From positions 41,354,001 to 41,418,000 of the forward strand of contig OZ336883.1 in assembly GCA_965287045.1 (NCBI GenBank): DNA of 64,000 bases, in the 5' to 3' direction. The notes under the pieces are model-generated. The model did no database searches. It had not been told where the DNA came from and was given only the letters and a program-made list of their open reading frames with translations. This DNA comes from Carcharhinus amblyrhynchos. Lineage: Eukaryota. This document shows, one piece after another, positions 60,110 to 64,000 of this stretch (within the stretch, counting starts at the first letter, position 1; the number at the start of each line of letters is the position of its first letter). The position numbers were made by a program, and so were the translations under genes.

Positions 60110-61380
60110 ATTTTTGATTTATTATTGTCACATGTATTAACATACAGTGAAAAGTATTGTTTTTGTGCACTTTATAGACAAAACACACCGCTCATAAAGA
60201 AGGAAAGGAGTGCAGAATATAGTGTTACAATCATAGCTAGGCTGTAGAGAAAGATCAACTTAATCAAGGTAGGTCCATTCAAAAGTCTGACAGAAGCAGG
60301 GAAGAAGCTGTTCTTGAATCAGTTGGTATGTGACCCCAGACTTTTGCATCTTTTTCCCGACAAGAGGAGGTGAAAGATAGAATGTCCAGGTTGCGCGGGG
60401 TCCTTAATCATGCTGGTTGCTTTTCCGAGGCAGCGGGAAGTGTAGACAGAGTCAATGAATGGGAGGCTGTTTGCATGATGGATTGGGCTACGTTCACGAC
60501 CGTTTGTAGTTTCTTCTAGTCTTGGGCAGAGCAGGAGCCATACTAAGCTGTGAGGCAACCAGAAAAAATGCTTTCTGTGGTGCATCTGTAAAGGTTGGAG
60601 AGAGTCGTAGCTGATAATGCCAAATTTCCTTAGTTTTCTGAGAAAGTAGAGGCGTTGGTGTGCTTTCTTAACTATAGAGTCGGCATGGGGGGACCAGGAC
60701 AGGTTGTTGGTGATTTGGACACCTAAAAACTTGAAGCTCTTGACCATTTCTATTTCATCCCCATTGATGTAGATGAGCATGTTCTCCCCTATGCTTCCTG
60801 AAGTCGATGACAATCTCCTTTTTGTTTACATTGAAGGAGACTATTGTTGCTGCACCAGTTCACCAGACTCTCTCTCTCATTCCTGTACTCTGTCTCGTCA
60901 TTATTTGAGATCTGACCCATTATGGGGTATTGTCCATAAACCTGAAAATCGAGTTGGAGGGAAATTTGGGCACACAGTCATAGGTGTATAAGGACTTTAG
61001 TATTGGGCTGAGAACAGAACCTTGTGGGGCACCGGTGTTGAGGATGATTGTGGAGAAGATATTGTTGCCTATCCTTACTAATTGTGGTCTGTGGGTTAGG
61101 AAGTTCACGGTCCAGTTGCAGAGGGAGAGCCTAGGCCCAGGCCACAAAGTTTGGAGATGAGTTTCATGGGAATAATGGTGTTGAAGCTGAGCTGTAGTCA
61201 ACAAATAGGAGTCTGATATAGCTGTATTTGTTATCTAGGTGTTCCAGGGCTGAGTGTAGGGCCAGGGAGATGGTGTCTGCTGTGGACCTGTTGCGGTGGT
61301 AGATGAACTGCAGTGGATCCAGGCAGTCCAGGAGGTTGTTCTGTGCCATGACTAGCCTTTTGAAGCACTTCATAATGATT
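60110..61380 (-). mobile_element. Rex1/Babar LINE 3' ~1.3 kb fragment, inserted into an HE1-like SINE tail (~60008-60110 + ~61380-61430)
   Basis: ORFs read [54 protein letters not shown]. Confidence 0.85.
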
Positions 61381-62295
61381 TACTGCACTAATTCCCCTGA
61401 CCGACACTTAGGACGCTAAAGCAATTTAGCTGGACAAACTGATAGGATCCCCTTTCGTTGGAATGTGGGCAACTTTGAAAAGCATGTATTTATTGCCTCT
61501 TCCATGTTATCATGGGAAGGTGCTAATGTTCCTTCTAGTAGCATGTTATTATTTGCACTACTGAATGGTGTTCAAGACCAATTACAGCCGTTGATCACAT
61601 AATGTGGACTAGAATCACATGGAGTCCAGATCGCATAGGTTCGCCAACTAAAGGAGATCAGTTCCTAAAAATTGATTGGTATGATGTTTGAGTGAAGGAT
61701 AAGGAAGGAGAGGAATTTTTGAAATGTGTTCAATACCTTTTCTTTGACCAGTTATGTTCTTGGTCCAACTAGGAAGGAGGCATTGTTGAGTCTCATGCTG
61801 GGGAATGAGGTGGGTCTAGTGGATCAAGTGTTCGTGGGGGTACATTTGAAGTAATAATTTTATCATATGTTTACATATGATAAACATATCTAATCTGGAA
61901 CAATTCTAACTTCAGTGGAATGATAGGGAAGCTAACCAGGGTAAAATTGTACCAAATATTGACAAAACCAACTGTAATAGGACAATTGATCATCTTTAAG
62001 GAAGTGGTGTTTCAGGAATAGGTCAGAAAACAAGGGTGAAAGGTAAGGGTACCAAAGTGAGGGCTCCATGGATGCCAAGGGAGATAGAAAATACAATGAA
62101 ACAAGAAAGGTAGGGTCTGATGCATGTCAGGTGCATTGTTCCAAGTGAGAAACAAGCCAGACACCATTAGTTGAAAGGGGGAGCGACTAGGAAGATATAA
62201 AATGCCAAAGACAGAATATGAAAATGGAGTGGCAATTCACCTAAAAGAAAATCCAAAATCTTCTACCTACCAGCATGTAAATCGTAAACCATTGG

Positions 62296-62597
62296 GATGC
62301 GTGTGGTGGCATGATGGCACAATGGTTAACACTACAGCCTCGCCGTCAGGGATCCAGGTGCAATTCCTGGCTTGGGTTACTGTCTATGTGGAGTCTGTAT
62401 GTTCTCCCTGTGTCTATGTTGGTTTCTTCCAGGTGCTCCAGTTTCCTCCCACAGTCCAAACAATGTGCTGGTTAAGTGCATTGGCCATGCTAAATTCTCC
62501 CTTGGTGTACCTGAACAGTCATTGGAGTGTGGCAACTTGGGATTTTTCACAGTAACTTCATTGCAGTGTTAATGTAAATCTACTTGTAATTAATAAG
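62296..62597 (+). mobile_element. V-SINE (tRNA head and V domain) with an alternative 3' tail
   Basis: tggcacaatggttaacactacagcc and ttggtttcttccaggtgctccagtttcctcccacagtccaaa; tail cacagtaacttcattgcagtgttaatg. Confidence 0.75.
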
Positions 62598-63146
62598 TAC
62601 ATTTTAAGTAAGAGGCAATGAGGCAGAGCAAAGCTAGAATACTAGTGAGTGCTTGGTATTGGTGCTTACTAAAGAAGAGCATGCTAACAAAACATTGATA
62701 GAAACAGAGGCGGTAAAGGTATTGGCTGGAGTGAAAATTGATGGATAGGATGCACTGGAAAAGCTGGCTATGCTTGAAGTGGGTAAGTTTCTTGGCCCTG
62801 ATGGCTTACAATCCAGCTTATTTAAGGAAGTGGGATGGAGATAGTCATCTCCATCTTCCGATCTTCCTTACATAGGAGGCAGTGCCAGAGGATTGAGAGT
62901 GGCAAATGTAACTCGCTTAATCAAAACAGGGTGTAACGAAGGACATGCCTAATGACCATCGACCAGTCAGTTTAACATCCATACATCCATGATAGGTATG
63001 ATTTTAGAAACAAAATCAGTGAAAATAGTCTGCAGGCATTTGGAGAGATTTGTGTTAAGTGGAGCCAACACAGATTTGTAAAACGCTTATTGTGTTTGAT
63101 TAATCTGACTGAAGTTTAGATGAAGTAGTTGAGAAGGCTGATGAAG

Positions 63147-63340
63147 TGATAGAGAGGTATTAGTAGAGGCAGGTACAATTTTGTCTTTTAAAATGCGTTT
63201 AGACTGTTACATGTGTAAGATGGCTATCAAGGGATATGGACCAAATGTGGACAATTGGGGTTAGCTTAGTCATTAGGGTGGCATCGACAAGTTGGGCCGA
63301 AGGACCTGTTTTCATGCTGTAAACTTCTATGACTCTAAGT
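63147..63340 (+). mobile_element. Short HER1/CR1 3' end with 8-bp TSD TGATGAAG
   Basis: TSD at 63139-63146 and 63341-63348. Tail gttgggccgaaggacctgttttcatgctgtaa. Confidence 0.75.
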
Positions 63341-63734
63341 TGATGAAGGGAAAACAATGGATGTCGTCTTTTTGGATTTTAAGGAAGTGTTTGACAAAGT
63401 ACCATATAGAAGGTGGTTAACAAAAGTGAGGCTCATTGGAGAGTCAGGGGCCGATTTTTACCATCAAGTTGCGCCCGTGTTCAGGCGCAAAAGCTTGGTA
63501 AAGTCGGGCATGAGGCGAGGCGAGGAACTGTACAGGTTCTCCCTTTACCAAGGCCTGAAAATGGCCATGTTTTGCATGCAGTTAAATTGACTTAATAGGC
63601 TGCATGCCCAGTCTTACAGCACTTCCCCCTTGACCACCATGTTCGCCCATCCAGAGTCAGCATGAAACAGACATGTTCCACAAAAGTCCAACTTGGGCAC
63701 TCCAGTTAGTGAGGAGGTAAATGCCGAGAAGCTG

Positions 63735-63910
63735 ACGGCTCTCTGCATGAGATCGGTGAGAGGGAGACAGGGGAAGATGGATCCAACGGCACTCTGCTTG
63801 AGATCAGTGGGGGAAGGGAGGGGTCTGCTGCCATTCTGCTTGAGATCAGTGGGGGGAATTGGGGGGGGTCCACTGCCACTCTGCCTGAGATCAGTGGGGG
63901 AGGAAGAGGG
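63735..63910 (+). repeat. G-rich minisatellite, ~4 degenerate units (ctctgcNtgagatcagtggggg...), within an unclassified GC-rich element starting ~63447
   Basis: Repeated LCLRSVG peptide in ORF 63693-63923; units are directly visible. Confidence 0.75.
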
Positions 63911-64000
63911 GAGGAGCCTGTGATCGGTCTGGATGGCAGAGGGGGTGGGGGGGGGGATAAGGGGGTCAGCAATGTCTGTGGGGATCGGGGGGAAGTATTA

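Larger units (their letters stand above)
61690..63440 (+). mobile_element. Degraded CR1 ORF2 (endonuclease to RT) containing a V-SINE and a short CR1 3' tail
   Basis: PTRKEALL..LGNE, KENPK and MDVVFLDFKEVFDKVP remnants. Confidence 0.7.

Noticed and set aside
63735-63910. CRISPR-like repeat-spacer pattern
   Set aside because: Eukaryotic context, degenerate units and G-rich similar spacers indicate a minisatellite.

Overview
Vertebrate nuclear DNA, almost certainly from a shark or other elasmobranch, judged from HE1/V-SINEs, HER1/CR1 LINEs, Deu-domain SINEs and Penelope repeats. The window lies inside KIAA0586 (TALPID3), transcribed on the + strand. Three coding exons are clear (3411-3647, 13554-13761, 23296-23472) and one more is a candidate (32181-32288). 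They are separated by very large introns packed with retroelements: CR1, L2, Rex1/Babar, Gypsy (some Gmr1-like), Penelope with hammerhead motifs, and SINEs. The standout is a young, apparently intact, full-length CR1-clade LINE on the minus strand (53337-57791), the innermost layer of a CR1-in-CR1-in-CR1 nest. It has four unusual features. (1) ORF1 ends in a U_UUA_AAC slippery heptamer followed 6 nt later by a G-quadruplex-like tract, with an ATG-less ORF2 in the -1 frame. (2) A strong splice donor in its 5' UTR and a textbook acceptor just after the ORF2 stop would let both ORFs be spliced out as one intron. (3) Its long 3' UTR ends in a captured, promoter-degenerate V-SINE. (4) Its ORF1 SGNH esterase has lost all catalytic residues. 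Two local inverted duplications and a fold-back Penelope/hammerhead series are also present. All calls come from reading the sequence and from recalled family motifs; no database search was run, and boundaries of degraded repeats are approximate.
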